Source: Bacillota bacterium
GTDB taxonomy: Bacteria > Bacillota > SHA-98 > UBA4971
Length of the DNA: 46,214 bases
Reading direction: 5' to 3'
NCBI GenBank assembly: GCA_040752635.1
Contig: JBFMGS010000002.1
Location: 12,618 to 58,831, forward strand
The notes beneath the pieces were generated by a model. The model saw only the letters and a program-made list of their open reading frames with translations, was not told where the DNA came from and made no database searches. Below, in pieces: positions 20,050-29,062 of this stretch (its first letter is position 1; each line of letters begins with the position of its first letter). A program made the translations under genes and the position numbers.

Positions 20050-20218
20050 GCAGAGTGTGCCGTAAAAAGTGGTGTGGATTCCTGACGGCCTGTTTACCAT
20101 CCTTGGATGTGTTTAGGCCTCATACATGTGCAGAGCATTTGACTTTGCTCATTGTCGCGACCCGAGACGCCTTCAGCCGTAACAGTGCTAATTGAGCTTG
20201 CTGAGTTAGGTTCTGCCA

Positions 20219-20248
20219 GAATAAAAACGAGTTCAAGAGGCAATACTT
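20219..20248 (+). promoter_or_regulatory. SigF/SigG-type promoter of sigG
   Basis: GAATA-15 nt-GGCAATACTT, matching the forespore sigma consensus. Confidence 0.65.
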
Positions 20249-20289
20249 CTACTGAAGTTGAGATATTCTGGAAATGCGGAGGGACCCCT

Positions 20290-21063
20290 ATGATGGTGAA
20301 CAAGGTTGAGATCTGCGGGGTCAATACGTCCAAGCTGCCAGTGCTCAGCAACCAGAAAATGCGCGAATTCCTTGAACTCGTGAAAAAAGGGGATAAAGAC
20401 GCGCGCGAAAAGCTCATATACGGAAACCTCCGCCTGGTGCTCAGTGTGATACAGCGGTTTAATAACAGGGGCGAGTACGTGGACGACCTCTTTCAGGTCG
20501 GATGCATAGGCCTCATGAAAGCGATCGATAACTTTGATCTGTCACAGAATGTGAGATTCTCAACGTACGCCGTCCCGATGATAATCGGAGAAATCAGGCG
20601 GTATCTCCGCGACAACAACCCGATCCGGGTTTCCCGATCCTTACGGGACGTGGCTTACAAGGCCCTTCAAGTAAGAGATGCGCTCGTCAGCCGGAACTCT
20701 AAGGAACCGTCCATCAGCGAAATCGCTGAGGAACTTAAGCTTCCGCGCGAGGAGATCGTGTACGCGCTCGACGCCATTCAGGACCCGGTATCGCTCTTTG
20801 AACCCATATACCACGACGGCGGAGATCCAATCTATGTTATGGACCAGGTAAGCGACGAGAAAAACCAGGACTCCACGTGGCTCGAGGGTATATCCATAAG
20901 GGAGGCAATGGAGAAACTCAACGAAAGAGAAAGGCTGATCCTGAAGCTGCGCTTCTTTGAGGGAAAGACCCAGATGGAGGTCGCGGAGGAGATAGGAATC
21001 TCCCAGGCCCAGGTGTCGCGACTGGAGAAAGCTGCGCTGAAACATATGAGACGGTTCATGTAG
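20290..21063 (+). CDS. sigG: Forespore sigma factor SigG
   Basis: NKVEICGVNTSKLPVL, GNLRLVLSVIQRF, DDLFQVGCIGLMKAIDNF, EIRRYLRDNNPIRVSRSLRD, GISQAQVSRLEK. ATG at 20290 after GGAGGG. Confidence 0.98.
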   Translation: MMVNKVEICGVNTSKLPVLSNQKMREFLELVKKGDKDAREKLIYGNLRLVLSVIQRFNNRGEYVDDLFQVGCIGLMKAIDNFDLSQNVRFSTYAVPMIIGEIRRYLRDNNPIRVSRSLRDVAYKALQVRDALVSRNSKEPSISEIAEELKLPREEIVYALDAIQDPVSLFEPIYHDGGDPIYVMDQVSDEKNQDSTWLEGISIREAMEKLNERERLILKLRFFEGKTQMEVAEEIGISQAQVSRLEKAALKHMRRFM

Positions 21064-21085
21064 ACGGCCCACGGAGGTGACCGCA

Positions 21086-21919
21086 TTGCGGGCAAGGATC
21101 GCAGTATGCGTTCTTATACTTCTCACTACCGTAATCGCAATACTAGCCTCGGCTGCAGTGTTCGATGCCAGGCTGTTCCCTCAAGAAGTGGGAGCCCCAA
21201 AGGCGTTCAACACTCACAACCTCATTCGATTGCATGTCGTGGCAAACAGCGATAGTGAAGAGGACCAGTCCCTGAAACTGGACGTCCGAGACGCTGTAGT
21301 CGCAAGGACGGAGGAACTCCTGGGCAGGGTGAAAACAAAGGAGGAGGCCTGGCGTATACTGCTTGATAATCTTGGTGAGATCCAGGCCGTTGCCACAAAT
21401 GAGATCAGAAAAGCGGGCAGGCATTACCAGGCGCTGGTTGAGATGGGGACGTTCGCCTTCCCCGAGCGCAAGTATGGCGGGCTCACCTTACCCGAAGGAG
21501 ACTACGAAGCGGTAAGGGTGGTGCTTGGCGCCGGCAAAGGCCGGAATTGGTGGTGTGTGCTCTTTCCGCCACTTTGCTTTATAAAGATGAATGAAAACAG
21601 AGAAGTAGAGGGGCTGAAATACGAGCTCTCCCCCGGGGAGGCCCTGGCGAAGCTTCGCCTGGACCTGACAGGACCATCCTCGCCTCAGGCTGCACGGACT
21701 CTGGGGACGAGTGAATATGTACCCCTCGTTCCGGTTTTTGGCGCGTCCGTTCCCCATCTTCTCTCCTGCAACACAATACCCGCCATAATGTTCTTTTCAG
21801 CACCTTACCTGCCGGAGCCCGTAAAGCCGAGCCTCTCGTGCCTCCTTTCACTGGGTAGCTCGGCGCGGGCTCTCAACCATCGCACCGCCGCTCGAACCGG
21901 GCAAGCTGCCGTCCTGTGA
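21086..21919 (+). CDS. spoIIR: Stage II sporulation protein R
   Basis: Signal peptide, IRLHVVANSDS..DQ.LKL.VRD, FP...YG...PEG.YEA, GRNWWCVLFPPLC. TTG after GGAGGTGA. Confidence 0.95.
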   Translation: MRARIAVCVLILLTTVIAILASAAVFDARLFPQEVGAPKAFNTHNLIRLHVVANSDSEEDQSLKLDVRDAVVARTEELLGRVKTKEEAWRILLDNLGEIQAVATNEIRKAGRHYQALVEMGTFAFPERKYGGLTLPEGDYEAVRVVLGAGKGRNWWCVLFPPLCFIKMNENREVEGLKYELSPGEALAKLRLDLTGPSSPQAARTLGTSEYVPLVPVFGASVPHLLSCNTIPAIMFFSAPYLPEPVKPSLSCLLSLGSSARALNHRTAARTGQAAVL

Positions 21920-22001
21920 CTCTTCACTCCATTTCAAAGCGAAAGGTTCCAGGGCGAGTTCAAGGTTCAGTATGATCCAACCAATCCTGGCCGGAGGCAC
22001 G

Positions 22002-22029
22002 CACAGACCCCCACTGCGGTGCATATAAT
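22002..22029 (+). promoter_or_regulatory. Possible SigK/SigE-type promoter of ylmC
   Basis: CACA-16 nt-CATATAAT. Confidence 0.5.
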
Positions 22030-22060
22030 GGTTTATGCAGGCTCGTGGGGGGTGATTGCC

Positions 22061-22321
22061 ATGCTCGTGCGAATATCGGACCTTCGAACCCGTGAGGTGG
22101 TAAACGTGGTAGACGGCCGGAGGCTGGGGCCGATCTGCGACATCGAGGTGGACCTTGCCACAGGCCAGGTGAAGTCGATAATGGTGCCCGGCCCGGCGAA
22201 ACTTATGGGTATTCTGGGGCGGTATAACGACTATGTCATCCCCTGGGAGAAGATTCGTAGAATAGGACTTGATGTCATCCTTGTAGAGGCAAGCGAGTAC
22301 GCCGAACCTTCAAAACAATAA
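22061..22321 (+). CDS. ylmC: YlmC/YmxH family sporulation protein (PRC barrel)
   Basis: ISDLRTREVVNVVDGRRLG.I.D.EVD, IPWEKIRRIGLDVILV. Confidence 0.93.
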   Translation: MLVRISDLRTREVVNVVDGRRLGPICDIEVDLATGQVKSIMVPGPAKLMGILGRYNDYVIPWEKIRRIGLDVILVEASEYAEPSKQ

Positions 22322-22322
22322 T

Positions 22323-22404
22323 GGGGTTTCCGGCAAGCGGTCGGGCCTCGAGTGCCCTCAAGCAAGCACCGGCAACCCCCGTCCCCCAAAATGGCGAACA
22401 CTCC
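22323..22404 (-). repeat. Copy 4 of intergenic bulged-palindrome family
   Basis: Minus strand: GGGAGTGTTCGCCATTTTGGGGGACGGGGGTTGCCGGTG-C-TTGC...GCCGGAAACCCC; lies between convergent genes. Confidence 0.65.
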
Positions 22405-22411
22405 CATAAGC

Positions 22412-23797
22412 CTACTCGCCCGCGGCTGCCACCACCCTCTCCTTTGCCTTCTGGTAATCGCTCTCCCAAGCTGCATCCGCGATCTTGCCGTACGCTTCGG
22501 CATACTCGTCTAGCTGCCCCGCAAGCACTGTTGTGACGCAATCGGCGCCCGCATGGGTCGGACGCGCTCCATGCTTTGCAACGAGTTCCCTCAGTATGCG
22601 AGGGTTATCTATGATCATGCAAGGTCTCAAATGATTACTGTTGAAGGGCATTCTCGACTTGATGTCCATGAACAGCGGGGACTTTATTACTTCCTTCAAA
22701 GTGGTATTCTTGATGTTGTCCACCGCGAAATGCACGAAGACGCAAGGCTCGATGTCACCGTTGGCGTTTATGTGCAGGTACGACCTCCCGCCAGCGATAC
22801 AACCCGCGGTTAGCGGGCCATCGTTCCAGAAGTCTGCAACGAATATCGGTCTCGTTTCCCGGATATGAAGCACGTGCCGACGCATGCGGTCGCGCTGTTC
22901 GGGCGAGCACATCAGGCTCATGTCTGCGTCCTTGCCGACGGGCACGAACGTGAAGAACCACCCGTATAAAGCCCCCTTATCGATGAGCATATCGATGAAC
23001 TCGTCGCTCGCCACAACATCCGTATTCTGGCTGGTGTATGTAGCGGAGAATCCGAAGACAGCCCCAGCGTCTCGGAGATTGTCCATGGCCTCCATGACTC
23101 TGGCAAATGTCCCGGGTCCTCTTCTCGCGTCAGTCTCTTTCTCGAAGCCTTCAATGCTGATCGCGGGAGAGATATTCCCGAGTTCGGATAAGCGTCGCGC
23201 GGTGGCCGTGTCGATGAGGGTGCCGTTGGTATACACCATAAAGACCACGTCGTCGTGGCGTTCAGCCATATCCAGGAGATCCTTCCTGGTAAACGGCTCC
23301 CCACCCGATATGACTATGAAGTATATGCCAAGATCCTTGGCTTCTTCGATGATTCTGTTGAAGGTCGCCGTGTCGATTTCATCGTGCTTCGTGTAGCGGC
23401 CCGCGTAGCACCCCGTACACTGAAGGTTGCACCGCATTGTAGGGCTGATTACAAGCAGCGCCGGCACGTGGGTACCCAGTTTCTCGCTGTGTTTCTTGCG
23501 CTCCTGGTACCCCATATAGACTTCGTTCACGAACAGGTTAACAAGGCCCCGCGTTCGGAAGTTCGGGTGGAGGGAGGAAAAGGCTCTCTGGGCGTAGCGA
23601 GTCCAAACGTGCTCAGGGTTCTCGAACGCCTCCTTCGCCATCTGGATCTGTTTCTTGTGTTCAGGCGTTCCCGCAAACGCATCCAGTATCTTTGTTAGCG
23701 TCAGGAGGTGGCGTTGAGGATCTTTTGCAAGCAGTGAAAGCATATAATCAACCGCCTGGGTCGCAACATACTTCTTCATAAGATCATACGCTTTCAT
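22412..23797 (-). CDS. Radical SAM protein with SPASM/twitch-like C-terminus
   Basis: CNLQCTGC (CX3CX2C), SGGEP, YTNGT, SIEG, GCIAGG..Y.HINANGDIEPC, RPCMIID. ATG at 23797 after AGGGGGG. Confidence 0.92.
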   Translation of the reverse strand: MKAYDLMKKYVATQAVDYMLSLLAKDPQRHLLTLTKILDAFAGTPEHKKQIQMAKEAFENPEHVWTRYAQRAFSSLHPNFRTRGLVNLFVNEVYMGYQERKKHSEKLGTHVPALLVISPTMRCNLQCTGCYAGRYTKHDEIDTATFNRIIEEAKDLGIYFIVISGGEPFTRKDLLDMAERHDDVVFMVYTNGTLIDTATARRLSELGNISPAISIEGFEKETDARRGPGTFARVMEAMDNLRDAGAVFGFSATYTSQNTDVVASDEFIDMLIDKGALYGWFFTFVPVGKDADMSLMCSPEQRDRMRRHVLHIRETRPIFVADFWNDGPLTAGCIAGGRSYLHINANGDIEPCVFVHFAVDNIKNTTLKEVIKSPLFMDIKSRMPFNSNHLRPCMIIDNPRILRELVAKHGARPTHAGADCVTTVLAGQLDEYAEAYGKIADAAWESDYQKAKERVVAAAGE

Positions 23798-23889
23798 CAA
23801 GGACCCCCCTCTTCTTGGTTGTACGCTGTCCACAGTGTCTACTGCTCCTCAAGGATGCCCAACGACATGCTAGACACGGTAATGGCTTG

Positions 23890-23908
23890 CCCAAAAGACC
23901 AAAAAGCT
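23890..23908 (-). promoter_or_regulatory. Putative operator, copy A (upstream of radical SAM gene)
   Basis: AGCTTTTTGGTCTTTTGGG; 18/19 identical to the site at 24714-24732. Confidence 0.65.
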
Positions 23909-23980
23909 TCCTCCGCAACACCTCCCCGGGTTCGACATGGTTGCTGGAACCCCAGTCAATCCGTCACGCACGCGCCTGTA

Positions 23981-24703
23981 TCATGTGACGCTGGCCATTT
24001 CTCGGACGAACTCCAGCAGGACAGCCCTCTCCTGACCGTCCAGGCTGTCAACATGCCCTTGAAATCTTCTCAGGTAGTCCGCTATCTTCGAGGTAATGCC
24101 AGTGGATTCGGGAACACGCACGAGAAGCATCCCTATGATCGCACCGGAAAACAATGTAAGCGCGCTATGTGCATCGACCGTCGTTCTTGTCAGTTGCATT
24201 ACGGCGCTGAAGTTGTCTCCCCCCAGAAAACGTGCGCACGCGAGGAGCAGAACCACCATGTAACCGCAGAAAGCCGCCGGCCCCTTCGCCTCGTCTAGTC
24301 TCTCCATGAAGCTATCCCAAAACTCCTGCGCCGCCAAGCTTGGTAATTCTGAGAGGTAGTTTAGAAGCCTTCTCTTGAGGGTGTGGAGTTCATCGCTGAA
24401 AACAAGGCGGCCGCCTCCCCCTTCCGATTCTGGCTTACGACCAGATGGTCCGTCAGATAGGTCCCCTGGGTACCGGGGACAAAAAACCACCATCGACCTT
24501 CCAGGCGTCCTCGATTCCCTGTTCAGGATGTACTCGACCCGGACCAGCCCGTCGGCTGCCAGTTTCCTGAGCATGTCATATGCAGTCCATTTGCTCACTC
24601 CCACGGCCCGTGCCACTGCCTCGTAGTGAACCGGCCCGCTCTGTTCGTCACACAGTTTACGGAGCGCTGCGAAAAACTCTTTGCTGCGGTCGGTCAAGCT
24701 CAA
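23981..24703 (-). CDS. Winged-HTH transcriptional regulator
   Basis: PVHYEAVARAVGVSKWTAYDMLRKLAADGLVRVEY...GRS (wHTH), then a helical C-terminal domain. TTG start inferred. Confidence 0.85.
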   Translation of the reverse strand: MSLTDRSKEFFAALRKLCDEQSGPVHYEAVARAVGVSKWTAYDMLRKLAADGLVRVEYILNRESRTPGRSMVVFCPRYPGDLSDGPSGRKPESEGGGGRLVFSDELHTLKRRLLNYLSELPSLAAQEFWDSFMERLDEAKGPAAFCGYMVVLLLACARFLGGDNFSAVMQLTRTTVDAHSALTLFSGAIIGMLLVRVPESTGITSKIADYLRRFQGHVDSLDGQERAVLLEFVREMASVT

Positions 24704-24713
24704 GCTGATTTCC

Positions 24714-24742
24714 CCCAAAAGACCCAAAAGCTCTGCCCAAAG
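24714..24742 (-). promoter_or_regulatory. Putative operator, copy B (overlapping regulator SD)
   Basis: CTTTGGG..AGCTTTTGGGTCTTTTGGG; tandem CTTTTGGG repeats. Confidence 0.65.
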
Positions 24743-24780
24743 TCGAACTGGCGCCGATGCCTCGCGCGCCCGCTACTACA

Positions 24781-24810
24781 AGGGTAGTCCACGCAAGGGA
24801 TAGGTGTCAA
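24781..24810 (-). promoter_or_regulatory. Possible SigA promoter of the regulator
   Basis: TTGACA-18 nt-TACCCT. Confidence 0.45.
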
Positions 24811-24861
24811 ACTCTCAGATCCCGGAGAATCCTTCTATATAGCGTGATTCTGACCGACATT

Positions 24862-25602
24862 TTACTCTGCCTTTCTCATCTCCCTCCGAAGCTTCCTGAT
24901 AATCCTCTTCTCCAGCCGGGATATGTATGACTGTGATATGCCCAAGAGGTCAGCCACTTCTTTCTGGGTTTTCTCGGTGCCGTCGCGAAGCCCGAACCTC
25001 AGCTCCATAATCCGTTTTTCCCTGGTGGAAAGCCTCTGCATGGCATCATCCAGCAGTGATCGGTCAACCTGTTCCTCTATGGATTTGTACACAACATCGT
25101 TTTCTGTTCCCATGACGTCGGATAGGAGCAGTTCGTTTCCGTCCCAGTCAACGTTGAGCGGTTCGTCGAAGGAGACTTCAGCCCTCGCTCTGCTTGTTCT
25201 CCGCAGGTACATGAGGATTTCGTTCTCAATACACCGCGAGGCATATGTGGCCAGCTTGATCTTCTTAGAAGGATCGAACGTGTTCACAGCCTTGATTAGG
25301 CCTATGGTGCCAATGGATACAAGGTCCTCAACTCCGATCCCCGTGTTCTCGAACTTCCTCGCTATGTACACGACCAGCCTGAGATTCCTCTCGATGAGTT
25401 CGCCCTTTACCTGCGAGTCTCCCCGCTCGAGCCTTGCCAGGAGTACGCTCTCTTCGTCACTGGAAAGCGGCGGCGGCAGGGTTTCCCCATTCCCGACGTA
25501 CAGCACGACATAGCCACGAATGAGCCCACGCCGCAACGCGCCAAGCACCAGTCGAACTCGAAAGGCAACAAGCCTCTGTTGAAGGCGCAATCCTGTGATC
25601 AT
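24862..25602 (-). CDS. sigE: Mother-cell sigma factor pro-SigE
   Basis: Basic pro-sequence, [76 protein letters not shown]. Confidence 0.98.
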   Translation of the reverse strand: MITGLRLQQRLVAFRVRLVLGALRRGLIRGYVVLYVGNGETLPPPLSSDEESVLLARLERGDSQVKGELIERNLRLVVYIARKFENTGIGVEDLVSIGTIGLIKAVNTFDPSKKIKLATYASRCIENEILMYLRRTSRARAEVSFDEPLNVDWDGNELLLSDVMGTENDVVYKSIEEQVDRSLLDDAMQRLSTREKRIMELRFGLRDGTEKTQKEVADLLGISQSYISRLEKRIIRKLRREMRKAE

Positions 25603-25646
25603 TCTGGTCTCCTCCCCGGGCAATGCTGGCGCCGTCGAACTCGCTT

Positions 25647-26525
25647 CTAGGATGCCTTTGCCAGGACGTCGGGGTGAAGGAGGGCAGCAAAAGCCCCCTC
25701 CGGGGAGAACCGTCTAGTGTGTATTCCCACTACTATATTCCGGCTGGACAGCACGTGCGAACCATTGAGCAACCTGATCTCATCTGCTCGGAAGCCCACC
25801 AGCAACCCCTTCTCATCCCCCACCGAAACGAAAGGGATCACGCGAAACCGGGGCAGCCAGGTTGAGTCCGCGAGCAATTCCGAGACCAGACCAAGGTCCC
25901 CCGCGTAGAAGGCCATAAATGCGCGCCTTACCTCTTCTGGCAGGGAATGCGCTATAGCCCCGTATTCCAGAAGGATCACCGGGGAACCGGTGATCGGGTC
26001 CCTCAAGTGGTTTCCTGTATCAATTAGCGCGTTAACCTTGAGGTGCACTTCCCCAAGACGAATCTCTATCGGCACGTAGAAGAGCCAGTCCCGGACCCTG
26101 CGATGCACCAAGCCCCAACCGATTTCCGCCGTCAAGAGCACGGTGCCGATGAGACCGATGAGCGTTGGCACGAGTCGCCACCCGGTCAGGTAGGCCGCAG
26201 CCGAAGCGCCCCCGAAGGCGACGAGGCTGATGCCGAGCACGTGCGCGCAAGCTATCATCAGCCTTGGCGCGGAGGACGGGCGGAACGATATTGTTATCGC
26301 CGGTACAATAGACAGCAGGGCAAAAGGTACAGCGGCTCGCGCCGAAACGTATCCTGCGAAGAACATTACCATGACCGCCGCATCGACTAAGCCTGCTACC
26401 GCTCCCCCGGCGAAGAACCGCAAGGGCTTCACCTTATAGCCAAGCACTCCGGCGGTCGCCCACAGAGTGAGCCAGTGCATGGTGAGCGTCATCACGCAGG
26501 CGTTTAGAATGACTCCATAGCCCAT
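25647..26525 (-). CDS. spoIIGA: Pro-SigE processing aspartic protease
   Basis: Multiple TM helices, [22 protein letters not shown]; directly upstream of sigE. Confidence 0.9.
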   Translation of the reverse strand: MGYGVILNACVMTLTMHWLTLWATAGVLGYKVKPLRFFAGGAVAGLVDAAVMVMFFAGYVSARAAVPFALLSIVPAITISFRPSSAPRLMIACAHVLGISLVAFGGASAAAYLTGWRLVPTLIGLIGTVLLTAEIGWGLVHRRVRDWLFYVPIEIRLGEVHLKVNALIDTGNHLRDPITGSPVILLEYGAIAHSLPEEVRRAFMAFYAGDLGLVSELLADSTWLPRFRVIPFVSVGDEKGLLVGFRADEIRLLNGSHVLSSRNIVVGIHTRRFSPEGAFAALLHPDVLAKAS

Positions 26526-26619
26526 TTGTCCGCCCCCCAAGACTACCTCTCTTTTCCCGTCTTTTCCCGGCCTGTTGTCGTCCCTATCCTTCAATCAACG
26601 GGCATCCTTTCCTCCCTAA

Positions 26620-26653
26620 AGTATACAGCCCTGGCAAAGAAAAATATGTCGAA
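26620..26653 (-). promoter_or_regulatory. spoIIG promoter with Spo0A box
   Basis: TCGACA-21 nt-TATACT, with over-long spacing as in B. subtilis PspoIIG; 0A box TGTCGAA at 26647-26653 on the opposite strand, over the -35. Confidence 0.75.
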
Positions 26654-26682
26654 AATGAAAAGCCCCGGCACAAGCCGGGACT
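26652..26682 (-). terminator. ftsZ intrinsic terminator
   Basis: AGTCCCGGC-TTGT-GCCGGGGCT followed by TTTCATTTT. Confidence 0.8.
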
Positions 26683-26729
26683 CAACCTACGAAGCCTGCT
26701 GGAAACTCCTGCAGCCTGCCTGGTGCCGG

Positions 26730-27791
26730 CTATTTTCTCTGCCTTTGCGCGCGGCGTAGGAAAGCCGGAATCTCGATATCTTCCGCCCCGGCAAAGTCGC
26801 TGATCTCCACTTCCTGGAGGCCAACCTTCTGACGGGGCTTCGGCTCGAAACCGGTTGCGATCACCGTAACCCTGATCTCATCGCGCAAGGACTCATCGAT
26901 CATCGCGCCGAAAATGATGTTAGCGTCGGGGTCCGCCGCCTGAGCGATGATCTCGGCCGCCTCGTTCACCTCGAACAGGCCCAACGTGCTATTGCCGGTA
27001 ATGTTCATTAGCACGCCTTTTGCGCCGTCTATCGACGTCTCAAGGAGCGGGCTCTGTATCGCGGCCCTCGCCGCCTCCTGGGCGCGGTTTTCGCCCGTTG
27101 CCACTCCGATTCCCATGAGCGCCGAACCAGCGCTGCTCATGATTGTTCGTACGTCGGCAAAGTCCACGTTTATCAGACCGGGGACGGTGATAAGGTCAGA
27201 AATGCCCTGAACACCGTGTCTTAATACATCATCGGCAAGCCGGAACGCATCGAGGATCGATGTCTTCTTCTCACTAACCTGCAGGAGACGGTCGTTGGGA
27301 ATGGTTATGAGCGCGTCCACCTTCGCCTTGAGACTATCGAGGCCGACCATCGCCTGGGCCATCCGCCTGCGTCCTTCAAAGGCAAACGGCTTTGTCACGA
27401 CACCCACCGTAAGTGCCCCGAGCTCTTTCGCTATTCCAGCAACCACCGGCGCACCCCCCGTGCCCGTGCCGCCACCCATGCCTGCCGTGATAAAGACCAT
27501 GTCCGCCCCTTCAAGTGCACGGCGCAGCACGTCATAGCTTTCCTGGGCGGCCTGCTCGCCGATCTCGGGGTTCGAACCTGCGCCAAGGCCTCTTGTGAGC
27601 TTCTCTCCAACCTGGATCTTCACGTTCGCGTCAGATGCCGCGAGGGCCTGGGCGTCCGTGTTGATTGCGACAAACTCAACCCCAGACAGCCCTGCAGCGA
27701 TCATGCGATTAACGGCGTTGGAACCTCCGCCCCCAACGCCGACCACTTTTATGTTGGTGAACTGCTCCATCTCGAGCTCCAGGTTGAACAC
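26730..27791 (-). CDS. ftsZ: Cell division protein FtsZ
   Basis: [33 protein letters not shown]-terminal DIEIPAFLR. Confidence 0.99.
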   Translation of the reverse strand: MFNLELEMEQFTNIKVVGVGGGGSNAVNRMIAAGLSGVEFVAINTDAQALAASDANVKIQVGEKLTRGLGAGSNPEIGEQAAQESYDVLRRALEGADMVFITAGMGGGTGTGGAPVVAGIAKELGALTVGVVTKPFAFEGRRRMAQAMVGLDSLKAKVDALITIPNDRLLQVSEKKTSILDAFRLADDVLRHGVQGISDLITVPGLINVDFADVRTIMSSAGSALMGIGVATGENRAQEAARAAIQSPLLETSIDGAKGVLMNITGNSTLGLFEVNEAAEIIAQAADPDANIIFGAMIDESLRDEIRVTVIATGFEPKPRQKVGLQEVEISDFAGAEDIEIPAFLRRAQRQRK

Positions 27792-27853
27792 AAGCTATCC
27801 CTCCTGCTTTTACGGGGCGAGCGGGAAAACCCGGCCGCCACCCGCGGAACAAC

Positions 27854-29014
27854 TTAGAAGAAGTCCTTTACGAAATCGGCAAACCACCCCCGAACCGCAG
27901 AGAACATCTCCCTGACCGGCGAGGGCTTCATCTCTCTCGACAGCCCGAAAACAGAATCGTTCGCGACGTATTCCACGATCCCGAGAGCCGTGGAGGATAA
28001 CCTTTGTCCGTCTCTGCCGCGAGGTGATTTAGTGTCAACCGGACCCCCTATCCTCGCAGGCAAGCCGAGGATCTCGCCAGCGAGGTCGAGCAGGCCCGGT
28101 ATGAGCGAGCCGCCGCCCGCGAACACCAGGCCGCAAGGCGCAAGACCTTTATTCCTGACTTCTCTCGTTTCCACATCGACAAGCTCCAGGATCTCCCGCA
28201 GCCTCGCATCTATGATCGTTTGGAGAAGGCTGTCAGCAAGCTCGCCCTGCTTCTTCATACTCTCGGCCTGCTCTACTGGAACCTTCATGCCCACAGCAAT
28301 GTCATTAGTAACGTGGACGCCGCCAGCAGGAACCCACGCAAACTGAACGGGCCCCCCCTCGCAAAATGAGACCACCTGCGTGATTTGTCCGCCGACATCT
28401 ACGAGGATCACGCCTCTCTCCATCTCATCAGGAGTCAAGACCGCTTCAGCCACCGCAATGGGATCTAGTACCAGTCCACCGATGGCAAGGCCCGCCCGCG
28501 CAACGCTTGCTGTGATGTTCTCAAGCACCGTGGCCTGGCCCATGATGACTCTGGCATCTACTTCCAGTCTGATACCCGTCATGCCCTCCGGGTCTCTGAT
28601 CCCTCCAACCCCGTCCACGATATACTCCCTCGGCAAAACGGAGATTATCTCCCGGTCAGAGGGAACTGCGAGCACCCCCGCGGCGTCCAGCGCCCGTTTC
28701 ACGTCGGCGCTGGTGATCACCCCGTCCGGGCTGCTAACGGCAGTAACTCCCCTGCTCCCAACGGACGTGATGTGCGTGGCCGGGACCCCTACGTAGACCC
28801 TGCGGACGTCTAACCTCGCCGTGTGGCAGGCCCGCTTGTTTGCAAGCTTAATGGCCCCGGCCACAGAATCGATATCTGTGACGAGGCCTCGCCGGAGACC
28901 CTGGCATGGCGCCTCGCCTATGCCAATAATCTCGATGTCGCCCGAAGGTGCGATCCTCGCTATGACTTCTGCTACCTTTGTGCTGCCGATGTCAAGCCCG
29001 GCGATGATGCTCAT
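27854..29014 (-). CDS. ftsA: Cell division protein FtsA (divergent)
   Basis: GLDIGSTKV, 1C domain (VDG..GIRDP.GMTGIRLE), VTNDIA, C-terminal amphipathic helix; precedes ftsZ. Confidence 0.92.
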   Translation of the reverse strand: MSIIAGLDIGSTKVAEVIARIAPSGDIEIIGIGEAPCQGLRRGLVTDIDSVAGAIKLANKRACHTARLDVRRVYVGVPATHITSVGSRGVTAVSSPDGVITSADVKRALDAAGVLAVPSDREIISVLPREYIVDGVGGIRDPEGMTGIRLEVDARVIMGQATVLENITASVARAGLAIGGLVLDPIAVAEAVLTPDEMERGVILVDVGGQITQVVSFCEGGPVQFAWVPAGGVHVTNDIAVGMKVPVEQAESMKKQGELADSLLQTIIDARLREILELVDVETREVRNKGLAPCGLVFAGGGSLIPGLLDLAGEILGLPARIGGPVDTKSPRGRDGQRLSSTALGIVEYVANDSVFGLSREMKPSPVREMFSAVRGWFADFVKDFF

Positions 29015-29033
29015 ACATGCCACCTGTCAAGTA

Positions 29034-29060
29034 ATTCAACGGATCGGGTGCTACTCCTCT
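29034..29060 (-). promoter_or_regulatory. SigH-type ftsA promoter
   Basis: AGAGGAGTA-11 nt-GTTGAAT, in the position of the SigH ftsA promoter of B. subtilis. Confidence 0.6.
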
Positions 29061-29062
29061 TT

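Noticed and set aside
8654-22404. Repeats read as a CRISPR array or integron attC sites
   Set aside because: Copies are kilobases apart with no regular spacers or cas genes. Ends read GTT...AAC, opposite to attC, and no integrase or cassette pattern is present.
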